Below, one piece after another: positions 37,947 to 47,737 of a DNA stretch of 64,000 nucleotides. The stretch is from a virus. Taxonomy: Duplodnaviria; Caudoviricetes. Position 1 is the stretch's first letter. The number at the start of each line of letters is the position of its first letter. The DNA lies in IMG/VR virus record IMGVR_UViG_3300030118_003411, positions 1,037 through 65,036 of that record, one strand, 5' to 3'. Both the position numbers and the translations under genes were made by a program. Under the pieces are notes generated by a model, which saw nothing but the letters and a program-made list of their open reading frames with translations, searched no databases and was not told the origin of the DNA.

Positions 37947-38398
37947 GTCTTTCTACCTCCAGCAGCATTGCCAAAGTAGAAACCGACAATAGCAAGAAGA
38001 ACTTGTCTATTCTCGGATGTGAAAAGATATCCATTAATAGCTTCAAAGGATGTATCTTCCCATTCGCCAAATAGTCCCCAGAAAGGACCAACTACATTTT
38101 CCTTAAGTTCTACAACTGTAGAAATATTAAAAAAAGGAAGAACAAAGGGAGCAATCATGGTGGCAAACAAGATGGCAAGTACAATAATTCTTCTTGTTAC
38201 TTTGCCAGCATCATGAGGAACCCTTTGAATGGCCGCATTTCTAGATTCGGTATTAGCACTAATCATTTTTAGAGTGTTATCAAATCTCTGTTGCTCCATT
38301 GCACGGCGTTCGGCCATAGATCTAAACAAAAATCCGGTAATCGAGCCACCAATCATGGTAATAAATTCTGGCGCAAGTAAAGCTGAAATGGGGTCCAT
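37943..38398 (-). CDS. Membrane protein (holin-like)
   Basis: Three hydrophobic segments; TRRII.. and IVGFYFG motifs as in 3TM holin-like proteins. Confidence 0.55.
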   Translation of the reverse strand: MDPISALLAPEFITMIGGSITGFLFRSMAERRAMEQQRFDNTLKMISANTESRNAAIQRVPHDAGKVTRRIIVLAILFATMIAPFVLPFFNISTVVELKENVVGPFWGLFGEWEDTSFEAINGYLFTSENRQVLLAIVGFYFGNAAGGRKT

Positions 38399-38410
38399 TT
38401 TATTCTCCTA

Positions 38411-38866
38411 TTAAGTTGATGCTACAAATACTTCTAAATCAACAGTAGCAGTATCTGCTTTTGCTTTAATATTAACAATATCTCCAAAAGCTATTGAACC
38501 GTGAGCAATTACAGCATTATTTGCATCTAGATCATCGCTATAAATAACAAAAGTTTCTCCTGCTTTAATCTTAAAGTAAGCAGCATCACCTGATGCTTCT
38601 AAACCAAGGGTTACAAAATTGGTGTCATCTTTATTAGTAATTCTAATATATTTTACACCTGAGTTAATAAAAGTTCCCGCTGCTGCGGCAGCACCCATTG
38701 ATACTACTGTGCTTAGAGATCCCGTTGGAATTGTCATAATTCTGTGATCTACCTCGTTTACCGAAGCAATTGTTAATGTATTAGTTACGCCTCTATCTAC
38801 CCCGTTGAGAGTCAGTGCCTCGGTGTGAGTAACAGTAAGCGTAGCTGCTGAAATTGTACTTGCCAT
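38411..38866 (-). CDS. Putative structural (decoration) protein
   Basis: Beta-rich; VKYIRITNKDDTNFV..ADTATVDLEVFVAS. Confidence 0.6.
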   Translation of the reverse strand: MASTISAATLTVTHTEALTLNGVDRGVTNTLTIASVNEVDHRIMTIPTGSLSTVVSMGAAAAAGTFINSGVKYIRITNKDDTNFVTLGLEASGDAAYFKIKAGETFVIYSDDLDANNAVIAHGSIAFGDIVNIKAKADTATVDLEVFVAST

Positions 38867-38877
38867 TTTCTATTTCC

Positions 38878-39099
38878 TTACCTTCCTCGATTTCTTAGAC
38901 CTTGGAATCTGCTAAAGTTTCTGGTCGATCCAGAACCCGCCTTTGATCCTCTGCGACCAGCGCGAGTATCGGTATTCTCCCTATCCGATACTACTGATCT
39001 TCGTCCGGGCTTTACGCCGCCCGCTCTAGCCATACTAGCTTTAGCTGCGGCTTTTTTAGTTGTCTTTTTCTTAGTTTTTTTCTTAGTTTTTTTAGCCAT
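38878..39099 (-). CDS. Histone-like Lys/Arg-rich protein
   Basis: MAKKTKKKTKKKTTKKAAAK...; start after AAGGA RBS. Confidence 0.65.
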   Translation of the reverse strand: MAKKTKKKTKKKTTKKAAAKASMARAGGVKPGRRSVVSDRENTDTRAGRRGSKAGSGSTRNFSRFQGLRNRGR

Positions 39100-39109
39100 T
39101 TTTAATTCC

Positions 39110-40603
39110 TTAAAGGGATAATGTAGCTCTAGGAGCTTCGTTTTTATACGGATGTGAAGTATGAAGATCATTAACAAGGTTGTATTTATACGCTAAATAT
39201 CCCTCTATTTTTTGATAGTCATTTTTAACTTGGTTTGAACCAGTTTCAGCCAAGAAAATAAATTCAAGAAAATCTCCTGAGAAGTGATTAGAAGAACTTC
39301 CTCCAGAGTAAGTTTCACCTATAACTGAGTCCGTTCCTCCGGGTGCAATGTCTTGCCAAGTAACAGTAGAAAATGCGGTCTTACCGTTTCCATTTACCCT
39401 AACTGTTTGCGCTCCATCTACACGCCCAATGAAAAATATTTGAACGTTTCTGTGATCAAAGGCATTTAAATATGTTTCTGTTGTATTAGATCCCCCCGTC
39501 CTAGTTATTACGTTAAGAGTAGTAGCAGAACCAGTAGTATCCAAGGATATTCCTAAAGATCCGTTTTGTCCGCTGCTTCCCATTTGCAATGGAAATTGAA
39601 CATTGTTAGCATCATTAGACGTTCTTAAAACTAAAAATACCCCAAAATCATCTGAAGCACTTGCATCGTAATCGCTTCCATAACCATTATTGTATAAACA
39701 ATCACTTGATCCATCAAATACTATTCCATTAAAGTTATTATGATTAACTAAAGGATCGTTTACTAATGGCTGGTGTGAAGTTGTAACTTGTACATAGTCA
39801 TTACTTTCGCTGCTTAAATCTGTAAGTTCATTAACTTGTTGAAAATCCGCGCCATTAGTTTGGAAGTTTTGAGACGTTAACCAAGTTTTTAAAGATCCCG
39901 TGCAAGATTCTGGTGTCCAAATAGGACCAAGCCTGTGATGCCAACTAAGATCCCAATCATCTGGAGTTCTAAATTTTAACGGAGTTGCACTGGATCCCAT
40001 TCCGGTTCTAGATTCTAAAATCGACCTTCTAGTAGAAGCTATATATGAAAAAGATCCTCTACCCACTAATTGTGTTTGGTTAATTTTTAAAGAAGCGATT
40101 CCTTCTTTACCTCCAGAAAAATTTGATACTGTAAAACCTGTTCCTGAACCAGAGCTACCATCAGTAGCCCGATTGGCATTTAATCCTGTTCCTGCCGCTT
40201 CTCCAGCTAGTGTGGTATTTCCAAAGTTTCTTCCCCATGTAACGTCATGAGTTACTAGAACTTCTTCTGCGGCTGAGTTAGCTTTGCTTGCCGTAAGAGG
40301 TGCTGCGGAAGCGTTTATACTATCACGAATTTGATTTGCGACAGCATATCCACTCTGAGCAAGACGAGCAGTTTGAATTCCTATAGTAGAGCTAGAGATA
40401 CTATTACTAGATGTATCAAAAGTATAAGTAAATAAGTTATTATACCCATCTCTTAATTCAATTTGATGACCATTACCTATTGATAAAGGTGCTGTAACAG
40501 TAATCGTAGATGTTGCTGGAACGTGTTGTGGATTAACAGAACCATCTATCGTTAATGTTTTAACGTCCCTATAGTTTTGTATTCCTGCACCAATTCCAGA
40601 CAT
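39110..40603 (-). CDS. Virion protein with repeat module and LamG/ConA-like domain
   Basis: GIVFDGSSD...FSGDFLEFI...KIEGYLAYKY is typical of LamG-like virion domains. Confidence 0.65.
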   Translation of the reverse strand: MSGIGAGIQNYRDVKTLTIDGSVNPQHVPATSTITVTAPLSIGNGHQIELRDGYNNLFTYTFDTSSNSISSSTIGIQTARLAQSGYAVANQIRDSINASAAPLTASKANSAAEEVLVTHDVTWGRNFGNTTLAGEAAGTGLNANRATDGSSGSGTGFTVSNFSGGKEGIASLKINQTQLVGRGSFSYIASTRRSILESRTGMGSSATPLKFRTPDDWDLSWHHRLGPIWTPESCTGSLKTWLTSQNFQTNGADFQQVNELTDLSSESNDYVQVTTSHQPLVNDPLVNHNNFNGIVFDGSSDCLYNNGYGSDYDASASDDFGVFLVLRTSNDANNVQFPLQMGSSGQNGSLGISLDTTGSATTLNVITRTGGSNTTETYLNAFDHRNVQIFFIGRVDGAQTVRVNGNGKTAFSTVTWQDIAPGGTDSVIGETYSGGSSSNHFSGDFLEFIFLAETGSNQVKNDYQKIEGYLAYKYNLVNDLHTSHPYKNEAPRATLSL

Positions 40604-40614
40604 TTAGAACTCCT

Positions 40615-41748
40615 TTACTTCTTAATCTTAGTAAATCTCTTCCATACTGATTTAATAGCAGCCTGAAGAATAGGATGGTTATTAGTACCGTGATCAGTAA
40701 AAGTCATTTCTGAACTTCCGGGAAGAATAGCACCCGGACCAGTTAGAGCATACTCTCCACCAGTAAAGCTAGTGATTGTAGCTTCTCCACCACCGATTGC
40801 ATGAGCAATGGTTGTGTTACCTAAAGCTCCTGCTCTCTTTTGCTTAAGAGTTAGGACACCTGCGTTTTGAGAAACAACAATTTTATTATTACCTTCTCCA
40901 GCCACGCCATGTCCGGTTCCTGTATCAAGAATACAGTCGTGGATTGAAGTAGCAATCCCAGAAACTCCGCCAGTGTCTCTATCAAATTCAATAGGATCTG
41001 CGGTAAGGTCTTCATCATCTTTTGCTTTGTAAACTATACTTGTTCCTAAACCACCAGCGGCATCTGTGCCATCTTCTGAAATAATAGTAATTGTCTTATC
41101 TGCTGTAATGCTTCCAAGAACTGTAATGGTTGCAGTAGCAGCAACGCCAGTGCCGCCTGAAAAGCCCTTGTAACCGGACTGGTTGATTCCATTCATTTCT
41201 CCATTAAGACCCGAAACCCTAACAACATCCTGACTAAAGCCAGTAATATCAATCTTTGTGTTGCCGTCAGTTCCTTCAACGTCTTGAGTAAGAGTTACAA
41301 TAGACCCAGAAGCCGATGCTGTAATAGTACCACCATGACATCCTGCTGCTGCTCTATCTGTAGCGTTTGCATCGTTAATACAAGCGGCAAGAGAAGTGGC
41401 AATGTTTGAGTTACCTGTAAGACCAGCAAATTGTTGGTCATTTAGTGCTTGAGATCCTTTAACTGTATAAGTAATCTCAGTACCAAAGGCATCGGTGATT
41501 TTGATGGTTTGGTCATTAGTGATTGGGAACGAGGTTGCTGTAAACTCAATCTTTGCTGTCGCAGCCGTTCCGTTTCTCTCAAAGGGATAGTGATCTTCAA
41601 ACCAATCCCCAAAGTCAATTTGTGTTCCCGTTCTAGGGAGAGCTAGGTCAATTTGTGCATTAGCTAATGCTTCTGTGTCTGGTTTTGCAGTGTCCCCCAA
41701 TGAGGAGCCATAAGCACCAATTGTTTCGACGTAATCTGAATCTGCCAT
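40615..41748 (-). CDS. Virion protein with two tandem ATATITV...GNT.I...FTGG modules
   Basis: Internal duplication visible in the translation. Confidence 0.65.
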   Translation of the reverse strand: MADSDYVETIGAYGSSLGDTAKPDTEALANAQIDLALPRTGTQIDFGDWFEDHYPFERNGTAATAKIEFTATSFPITNDQTIKITDAFGTEITYTVKGSQALNDQQFAGLTGNSNIATSLAACINDANATDRAAAGCHGGTITASASGSIVTLTQDVEGTDGNTKIDITGFSQDVVRVSGLNGEMNGINQSGYKGFSGGTGVAATATITVLGSITADKTITIISEDGTDAAGGLGTSIVYKAKDDEDLTADPIEFDRDTGGVSGIATSIHDCILDTGTGHGVAGEGNNKIVVSQNAGVLTLKQKRAGALGNTTIAHAIGGGEATITSFTGGEYALTGPGAILPGSSEMTFTDHGTNNHPILQAAIKSVWKRFTKIKK

Positions 41749-41785
41749 GATTATGGCTCCTTTCAAGTAGTAAATTTAAATTAAG

Positions 41786-41917
41786 TTAACGCTTCATTGC
41801 GCCTTGTTTGCCAGCAACTTTCTTAGTGGTCTTCTTTCTCATTTGACCGCTACGCATAGTAGTACCGTTTCCATTCTTTTTAGGCTTATTTTTAGTCTTT
41901 TTTCTCATTCCTGCCAT
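41786..41917 (-). CDS. Tiny basic protein (43 aa)
   Basis: Read manually: MAGMRKKTKNKPKKNGNGTTMRSGQMRKKTTKKVAGKQGAMKR; AGGAG RBS. Confidence 0.55.
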   Translation of the reverse strand: MAGMRKKTKNKPKKNGNGTTMRSGQMRKKTTKKVAGKQGAMKR

Positions 41918-42413
41918 CGGACATTCTCCTTTTTTCTATGTAGGACTTAAATTCTTTTGAACACATATCATAGTATCCAAGTTTATCTAAAAACTCTGAG
42001 TGGTTATTTAGATTTTTTAATCTTTGAACGAAAATCATACCGTAATCTTCGTCTGTTACAGATCCCCAAAGATCTTCATCTAGTTCAGGATCGCACTCGT
42101 AATCTCCGCTTGGGTCAAAAACCATGATATACAAATCGTTTTTAGAGTGTATCTCATTCATCTTTTCTTCCCAAGTATCTATATCTTGCCAAAGAGCATT
42201 GCAAGCAATTATTACTAATTCATATTCATCAGACCATTGCTCTATTTCTTCTCTAGCTTCTTTTCTACCACCTAAAACAAGCTTTACCTTATTATTAAAC
42301 CAAGCTTTTGAAGCAAAAGGACAAGCCTTTAGATTGTTGTAATGTTTACTGGGTTTATCTAAATAGTTTACTATCCAGTTTTCAATGTCTTTTTTAATTA
42401 CCTCATATTCCAT
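41892..42413 (-). CDS. Hypothetical protein (W...ACPFA motif, DUF1415-like)
   Basis: NWIVNYL..ACPFASKAW..FVQRL..LN..S..L...GYY. Confidence 0.6.
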   Translation of the reverse strand: MEYEVIKKDIENWIVNYLDKPSKHYNNLKACPFASKAWFNNKVKLVLGGRKEAREEIEQWSDEYELVIIACNALWQDIDTWEEKMNEIHSKNDLYIMVFDPSGDYECDPELDEDLWGSVTDEDYGMIFVQRLKNLNNHSEFLDKLGYYDMCSKEFKSYIEKRRMSDGRNEKKD

Positions 42414-42414
42414 T

Positions 42415-44043
42415 TTACTGTCCCGTCATGGTTTGATTAAGTGCCTCAAGTGCTTGTGGATCCATTCCTTCTAACATGGCTCCTATATCTTGGCCTTGTA
42501 ATGCTCCTGCTGCTTGTTGTCCCAAAGCTCCTGCTACTTGTTGTCCAGCAGTGCTTACCGCCTGTTGTTGCATTTGTTGAGCCGCCATTGCCTGTTGTTG
42601 TTTAAGCATTTGTTCTTGCACTTCTGCTTCATCCTTAACCCAGTTATTTGCATCAAAACCAAGTGCTGTTACAAGAGCCTTGCCATACTCGTCCCACTTA
42701 AACATCATAGCAATTTGTTCTGGTAAGTTTCTAACCATTTCTCCAAGTTGCATAAGTTTATTCAAATCAGTATCTCTGCTGAGTGCTTGTAGTCCAGTTA
42801 CAATATCTACACTAAGTATTCCGTCTTCTAAGAACTCTTCATATAATCTTTCATCAATAACATTATCGGATATCATTACAAAGACTGCTCTATTCACTAG
42901 AGGGACAAACAAATCTCTTGAGATTGATCCAAAGGCTCCGCCTAGAACCGTTTCTAGCTCTGTTCCAACCATTCTTACTGCTGTAGCTGTAACCCTATCT
43001 CCGGTGGGAATTGAAGCTGATTCTAGTAAGAAAGATCTACCAATTTCTCTTCTCATTATTTCTACAGCTTGATTTGTAGATTGAATCTGTGCATTCATTG
43101 TTCCTGATGGCGTAAGAGTGAAAACATCTTGTTGACGGGCAGCAACATATGTTCCATTAGGTGCCGCTGCAATATCATCAATGTCTGTAATTCCAGCAGG
43201 ATCTACAGCAATCCAGAATGCGGATCCTGCTGCCATGCTTTCTACTAGGGCTTCTGAATAGGCTTCTAGTGCGGTTATGTCTCCAAGAATATCTTCGCAG
43301 TGTGATCTACCGTAGTTGTCTCCTGCGGCATACCCCCATCTTAGTGGGATATAAGGAAGAATGTTAAACTCTCCTTCTTCAAAGATCTCTTCGTCTTTTT
43401 CTTTTTTGACGTTCCAAATACCGGACTCGTCGTTAAATAGACACTGAACATAAATAGCCTCATAGCCGTCTTTATTTTCTGCATAAGACCCGGCCTTGTA
43501 TGTACTATACATATCTAAATTTTTATCGTCTTCTTCTTTTAACTCATGTTCTACAAAGATAATTTCTTTTACATTTCCAATTACATCTCTTCTTACTACA
43601 TAATTATCTAATCTAATAAGCCTACAAGACATATCATCTTCAATAATGAATAGAACATCACCAACAATAACAAGGTGTTGTAAAGCAAGAAATACAACTT
43701 CTCTTAAGTTTTTAGATTTAATTTTGTTGTATACCTGATCTGCCATGCTTTCTAGATAGTTATTTACTTCTACACTTGGAGTAACTCCGTCTTTAACAGC
43801 AAACTTAAAGAATGGTTCTTCATTTAAGGGAATGAGGGCTGACAGCATTTTACTAGACATAGCCGTAACACCTCTTGCTGGAACTGAAGAATAGGGGGTG
43901 TAAAGCTGGTCTTCTTCTCCTCTAGATTCTGGAGGTAGAATGGTTGGTATTGTTAATCTAGATGCTTCTCTAGCATGTTCTAGTTTTCGTTGTCTTTGAG
44001 AGTTTAGAATCCTAAATCTATCTGCTAGAGTTTCTTGTGACAT
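42415..44043 (-). CDS. Portal / head-tail connector (T7 gp8-like)
   Basis: LTIP, SVPARGV..MSSKML.AL.P...PFFK, YGRS, RVTATAV, ELE..LGG.F. Confidence 0.96.
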   Translation of the reverse strand: MSQETLADRFRILNSQRQRKLEHAREASRLTIPTILPPESRGEEDQLYTPYSSVPARGVTAMSSKMLSALIPLNEEPFFKFAVKDGVTPSVEVNNYLESMADQVYNKIKSKNLREVVFLALQHLVIVGDVLFIIEDDMSCRLIRLDNYVVRRDVIGNVKEIIFVEHELKEEDDKNLDMYSTYKAGSYAENKDGYEAIYVQCLFNDESGIWNVKKEKDEEIFEEGEFNILPYIPLRWGYAAGDNYGRSHCEDILGDITALEAYSEALVESMAAGSAFWIAVDPAGITDIDDIAAAPNGTYVAARQQDVFTLTPSGTMNAQIQSTNQAVEIMRREIGRSFLLESASIPTGDRVTATAVRMVGTELETVLGGAFGSISRDLFVPLVNRAVFVMISDNVIDERLYEEFLEDGILSVDIVTGLQALSRDTDLNKLMQLGEMVRNLPEQIAMMFKWDEYGKALVTALGFDANNWVKDEAEVQEQMLKQQQAMAAQQMQQQAVSTAGQQVAGALGQQAAGALQGQDIGAMLEGMDPQALEALNQTMTGQ

Positions 44044-44044
44044 A

Positions 44045-44413
44045 TTACATTCCTCTTATTTGAGTGCCCTGTTGGTTTTTGTCCTCATCGTCCTCTTCTG
44101 GAATTTGAAGATAAGACATAGCTTCAACTGATGGTCTATCTGAAACAATAGAGCCGACATCAACTTGACCAGCTACCTCTGTTTTTTCTACTTCTGTAGA
44201 AGCGGCTGCCTCTGCGGCTTGAATAGCATCTCTTTGCGCTCTTTCTTTTGCCATCTCTTCTTGTTCTCTGGCCTTTGCCTGAGCCATTGATGCTGCCGCT
44301 TCTGCTTCAGCTTGTTGCTTTTGAGCTTGAGATAGTGCCATATTTGCTCTTCTTTCGGCAGTTCTATCAATTTGAACATTTCCGGGTCCGCCAGTTCCTC
44401 CTCCAAATCCCAT
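44045..44413 (-). CDS. Small virion protein upstream of portal (gp7.3-like position)
   Basis: MGFGGG start; Ala/Gln/Glu helix. Confidence 0.55.
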   Translation of the reverse strand: MGFGGGTGGPGNVQIDRTAERRANMALSQAQKQQAEAEAAASMAQAKAREQEEMAKERAQRDAIQAAEAAASTEVEKTEVAGQVDVGSIVSDRPSVEAMSYLQIPEEDDEDKNQQGTQIRGM

Positions 44414-44428
44414 AATAATTTCCTTTCT

Positions 44429-44878
44429 TTATATAGGCCTTTTCTCATTTTGAGATCGTTTTCTTTTAAACGTACCTTCTGTAACGGCCTTGGACTCCAG
44501 TCCAGCTATTTGAACAGATGGTGATAATCTTTGTTTAATCTTTTTTGCTTTTGGTAGTTTAACAGTAGGTGTATCGGCTTTAAACTCTCCAGCCATCCTG
44601 CCAGTTGCCCCGGTTTGAGATCTAGCAATCTGAGTCCACCGTTCGTTTGTTTCTTTAGCCAGCTTGGTAATCTTATCTTGAGCTAGCTTTGTTGATATGC
44701 TAGCTCTTTGTGTTGCTTCTTGTCCTTGTCTTCTAAACTGACTAGCTAATCTACTTGCATTAAATTTTTGTATTCTTACAGAAGCAGTATATCTTGGTTC
44801 CCAATATCTTCTCCAGCACTCGTAGCTATCATACTCGTGAGGAGGCCTACATTTGGGTCCACCTCCAAATATACCCAT
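44429..44878 (-). CDS. Hypothetical virion-associated protein
   Basis: MGIFGGG start; coupled ORF in the pre-portal cluster. Confidence 0.55.
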   Translation of the reverse strand: MGIFGGGPKCRPPHEYDSYECWRRYWEPRYTASVRIQKFNASRLASQFRRQGQEATQRASISTKLAQDKITKLAKETNERWTQIARSQTGATGRMAGEFKADTPTVKLPKAKKIKQRLSPSVQIAGLESKAVTEGTFKRKRSQNEKRPI

Positions 44879-45072
44879 TAGAAGCCTCCTCTACTTTTTT
44901 CTTGGATTTTGAGAATTTGTTTTAGTTTTTCAATTACAGATATCTGACCAGAGTTTTGGGCAAGCATCTTTATAAATTGATCAGTAGGAACATCTGGATC
45001 AAACTGAATCGGAGGATACATTTTTTCTAGTTCTTCTACTAGTTTCGGATCTATTCTTGGAAAGTTCTTCAA
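44878..45072 (-). CDS. Conserved podovirus protein (gp6.5-like)
   Basis: P.ID..LVEELE..YP...GQ.SVIE.LK pattern. Confidence 0.6.
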   Translation of the reverse strand: MKNFPRIDPKLVEELEKMYPPIQFDPDVPTDQFIKMLAQNSGQISVIEKLKQILKIQEKSRGGF

Positions 45073-45190
45073 TATTCTTCTCCATTTGTTCGATACGAGA
45101 AGTCCATGACTTAATAATCATAGACATCTCCGCCTGATTAAGAGGCTGTCCTCTGTCCAGTTTAAATTGAATATTAGGGTTAATGTTCAT
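44999..45190 (-). CDS. Hypothetical protein
   Basis: ORF directly after RNR. Confidence 0.5.
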   Translation of the reverse strand: MNINPNIQFKLDRGQPLNQAEMSMIIKSWTSRIEQMEKNIEELSKNRSETSRRTRKNVSSDSV

Positions 45191-45191
45191 A

Positions 45192-47132
45192 TTAATCTCC
45201 AGTTATATCCACAACTTCACAAGAACCTCCTTGGCAAGCAAGGGTGTGCGAATTTGTTGTTGTGTCGTTTATTTCGTATAGAGTAAGATCACGCCAATCA
45301 ATATGAGATGGCATTTTACTTAGCAGGTCATTATAAGTTTCCTCATCACAAGCTTCAAAGGGAGCTTGTTCATATACATGATCATCTGCTGGTAGGAAGG
45401 AGATGCCTGATACATACTTCCAGTTATCCCAAACCCACTGACCGATTGAGAGAAACTCATCATCATTATAAGAGACGGTAATGCTTGGCTTATGATGACA
45501 CCAGTAACGCTGATACAAAAGCCAAAGATCAAGATGGTCTAGAGCCTTGATGTTTTTCTGTGTAACAGTATTACAGGGTGCCTTGATTGGGAATGAGAAG
45601 ACCGTGGTCGTATTTGGTCTTTGCATACACGACTCTGAAGGTATTCCCATTTCTGTCATAAATGTGCATAGTGGATCGTTCTTGTCTGCACGAACTCTTC
45701 TAATGTAATACTCACTATAACGTGGATGCATACCTGAAGACGTTCCCGCTACACAAGAAGTGGTTCCACTTGGCTTGCAGCAAGTAATTGACTTACTTGG
45801 ATTAATACCAAGCTTACCCGCCCATCGTAGATTGGTTTTTACGGCTTCTTCTCGAAGCTCCTCTAGGACATATGAAAGCTTTCCTTTACCTAGCTGTCCG
45901 CTCATCAGCTTGCTATCATAAATCCCCGTAAAGGATACACCAAGCAGTCTTTCTTCTTCGCAGTTCTGCTTAAACTCTTCTCGTAGGTAGGGAAATCCTG
46001 TGAATGAAGATTGAATTGTTCCCAAGATGGTAGCCATCTGTACTTTCTTACGAAGACTTTCTAGATCATCCTCGGGCCTTACAACTACTTCTGTTAGGTT
46101 GCAGAACTGATAGGGACGTAAAATAATTTCGGAGCATGGGTTTGTACCAAACTTAATACCCTCCGTCTTACGTCCAGCCTTAGCTGCGATTCTAGACATG
46201 GCCTCTTGGTTACAGATTCCTCGTTCTCCAGAGCGAGAGTCATATAGGTGACTCCACTCCTGAAGAAACTGTCCCAGATCAGGCTTGTGATCGTATACCG
46301 CAGAGTTATTTGCAAGGCTTCTATGTCCTGAGCTTTCCCACCAAGGTCCGGCTTTTGCCTTAGCCATTTCATGATCTGAGACATCGCTAAGAGAGATAAG
46401 CGCGGATCTACGAACAGCACCTGCAATTACAATCTCTCCGATAAGACAGACAATATCATGAACTTCAATTGGCTTTAGCTTTCTGCCAGCACAATTATAG
46501 AATAGCTTAACAATATAACGGAACAGTCGTTCAAGAGGTTCGGGGCCGCTTGCACGGCCACCAAAGGTCTTAAGCCTTGCTCCAGCAGGACGGACTAAGG
46601 AAGTATCCCATGTTGGATGCTTTCCTTCATACAAATAATCGAGAAGCTCTCTAAGAGCTTCGGCCCACCCTACTCGGGAGTCTTGAACCATAATCATATC
46701 ATCTGTTTTAGTAATTTCATTAGGAACCTTTGGTAGCTGTTCCGTGTATTCTCTTTCACAAGAGAAACCAACTCCAGTCCCACAACAAAGAATATACAAA
46801 ACTTCAGAAAAAGATCTAGTATCTTTAATAGGAAGATACGAGCAATTGTAGAAAACGGTATTGTCTACATCAGCAGCCGGACCCGCGCTCATCAATGCTC
46901 TCATGGAGGGAAACACCTCCAAGTTTTCTGTAGCTTCTTTGCACTCATTTAGTAAACTAGCATAGTCATCATAGTTTTCTGATCCCACCATTAACATGGT
47001 GTTGTCACGAATATAATTGTAATATCTTTCAACACATTCATCCCAAGTCTCTCTTCTGTTTCTGGAGTCAACCCACTTACAGTAACGAGACGTTACGATG
47101 AATTCTTGGAATAGGTCCATTTCGTTTTGCAT
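45192..47132 (-). CDS. nrdJ: Class II (B12-dependent) ribonucleotide reductase, monomeric RTPR type
   Basis: RRETW, PSMRAL, GGRASGPEPL, NPCSEI, KPSGT, C-terminal ACQGGSC. Confidence 0.93.
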   Translation of the reverse strand: MQNEMDLFQEFIVTSRYCKWVDSRNRRETWDECVERYYNYIRDNTMLMVGSENYDDYASLLNECKEATENLEVFPSMRALMSAGPAADVDNTVFYNCSYLPIKDTRSFSEVLYILCCGTGVGFSCEREYTEQLPKVPNEITKTDDMIMVQDSRVGWAEALRELLDYLYEGKHPTWDTSLVRPAGARLKTFGGRASGPEPLERLFRYIVKLFYNCAGRKLKPIEVHDIVCLIGEIVIAGAVRRSALISLSDVSDHEMAKAKAGPWWESSGHRSLANNSAVYDHKPDLGQFLQEWSHLYDSRSGERGICNQEAMSRIAAKAGRKTEGIKFGTNPCSEIILRPYQFCNLTEVVVRPEDDLESLRKKVQMATILGTIQSSFTGFPYLREEFKQNCEEERLLGVSFTGIYDSKLMSGQLGKGKLSYVLEELREEAVKTNLRWAGKLGINPSKSITCCKPSGTTSCVAGTSSGMHPRYSEYYIRRVRADKNDPLCTFMTEMGIPSESCMQRPNTTTVFSFPIKAPCNTVTQKNIKALDHLDLWLLYQRYWCHHKPSITVSYNDDEFLSIGQWVWDNWKYVSGISFLPADDHVYEQAPFEACDEETYNDLLSKMPSHIDWRDLTLYEINDTTTNSHTLACQGGSCEVVDITGD

Positions 47133-47737
47133 ACATTTTCTTTCTTTAATAAACTATCGTAAAATGATTTCGGAGTCCATGCATATTTACTAACTTTAAT
47201 TCCAAACAAAGAAAGTAGGTGCGCGGCCACACTCACGCAATCATTGGTTATTCTGGGGTATCCTAATATTCGGATAGGCATAAACATAAATGCAACAGCG
47301 AATGCCATGTCTTTGGGAGATTTTGTTCCCATATGTACAGGAAGATTTCTTGTGTATCCAAACAGTTCATCTTCTGTAGGAATTTTATTGCATTCTAAGT
47401 TTACTGTTTCTACCAGTTTAAATCTTTTATTTTCAAACTCTTCATCTCTCCAAAAATTATTGCCTTCTCTTACTTCGTAATAAGATCCATTAATAGAAAC
47501 GGCAACATGAGAATACGGGATAAAGTATCTCCAAAAGCACAAAAGAAAAAACCAAGTATAAAATATACACAATATATTTGTAGCAATCGTTGGGGAAGAA
47601 CCCCCTAAATATATTCTTTTTGCAATTTTTTGATTATTTTTACAGAACGGTTGTTTGTAATTTATATTACGGTAGGTAAACTTGTAAAAGTTAACTTGAA
47701 TAGTTTGTTTATTGTTTACCCAATTATCGGGTTCCAT
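47093..47737 (-). CDS. Permuted papain-like (NlpC/P60-fold) enzyme candidate
   Basis: YSHVAV...YYE precedes NDCVSVA...WTP: His-before-Cys order of YiiX/PPPDE/LRAT-like proteins. Confidence 0.55.
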   Translation of the reverse strand: MEPDNWVNNKQTIQVNFYKFTYRNINYKQPFCKNNQKIAKRIYLGGSSPTIATNILCIFYTWFFLLCFWRYFIPYSHVAVSINGSYYEVREGNNFWRDEEFENKRFKLVETVNLECNKIPTEDELFGYTRNLPVHMGTKSPKDMAFAVAFMFMPIRILGYPRITNDCVSVAAHLLSLFGIKVSKYAWTPKSFYDSLLKKENVCKTKWTYSKNSS

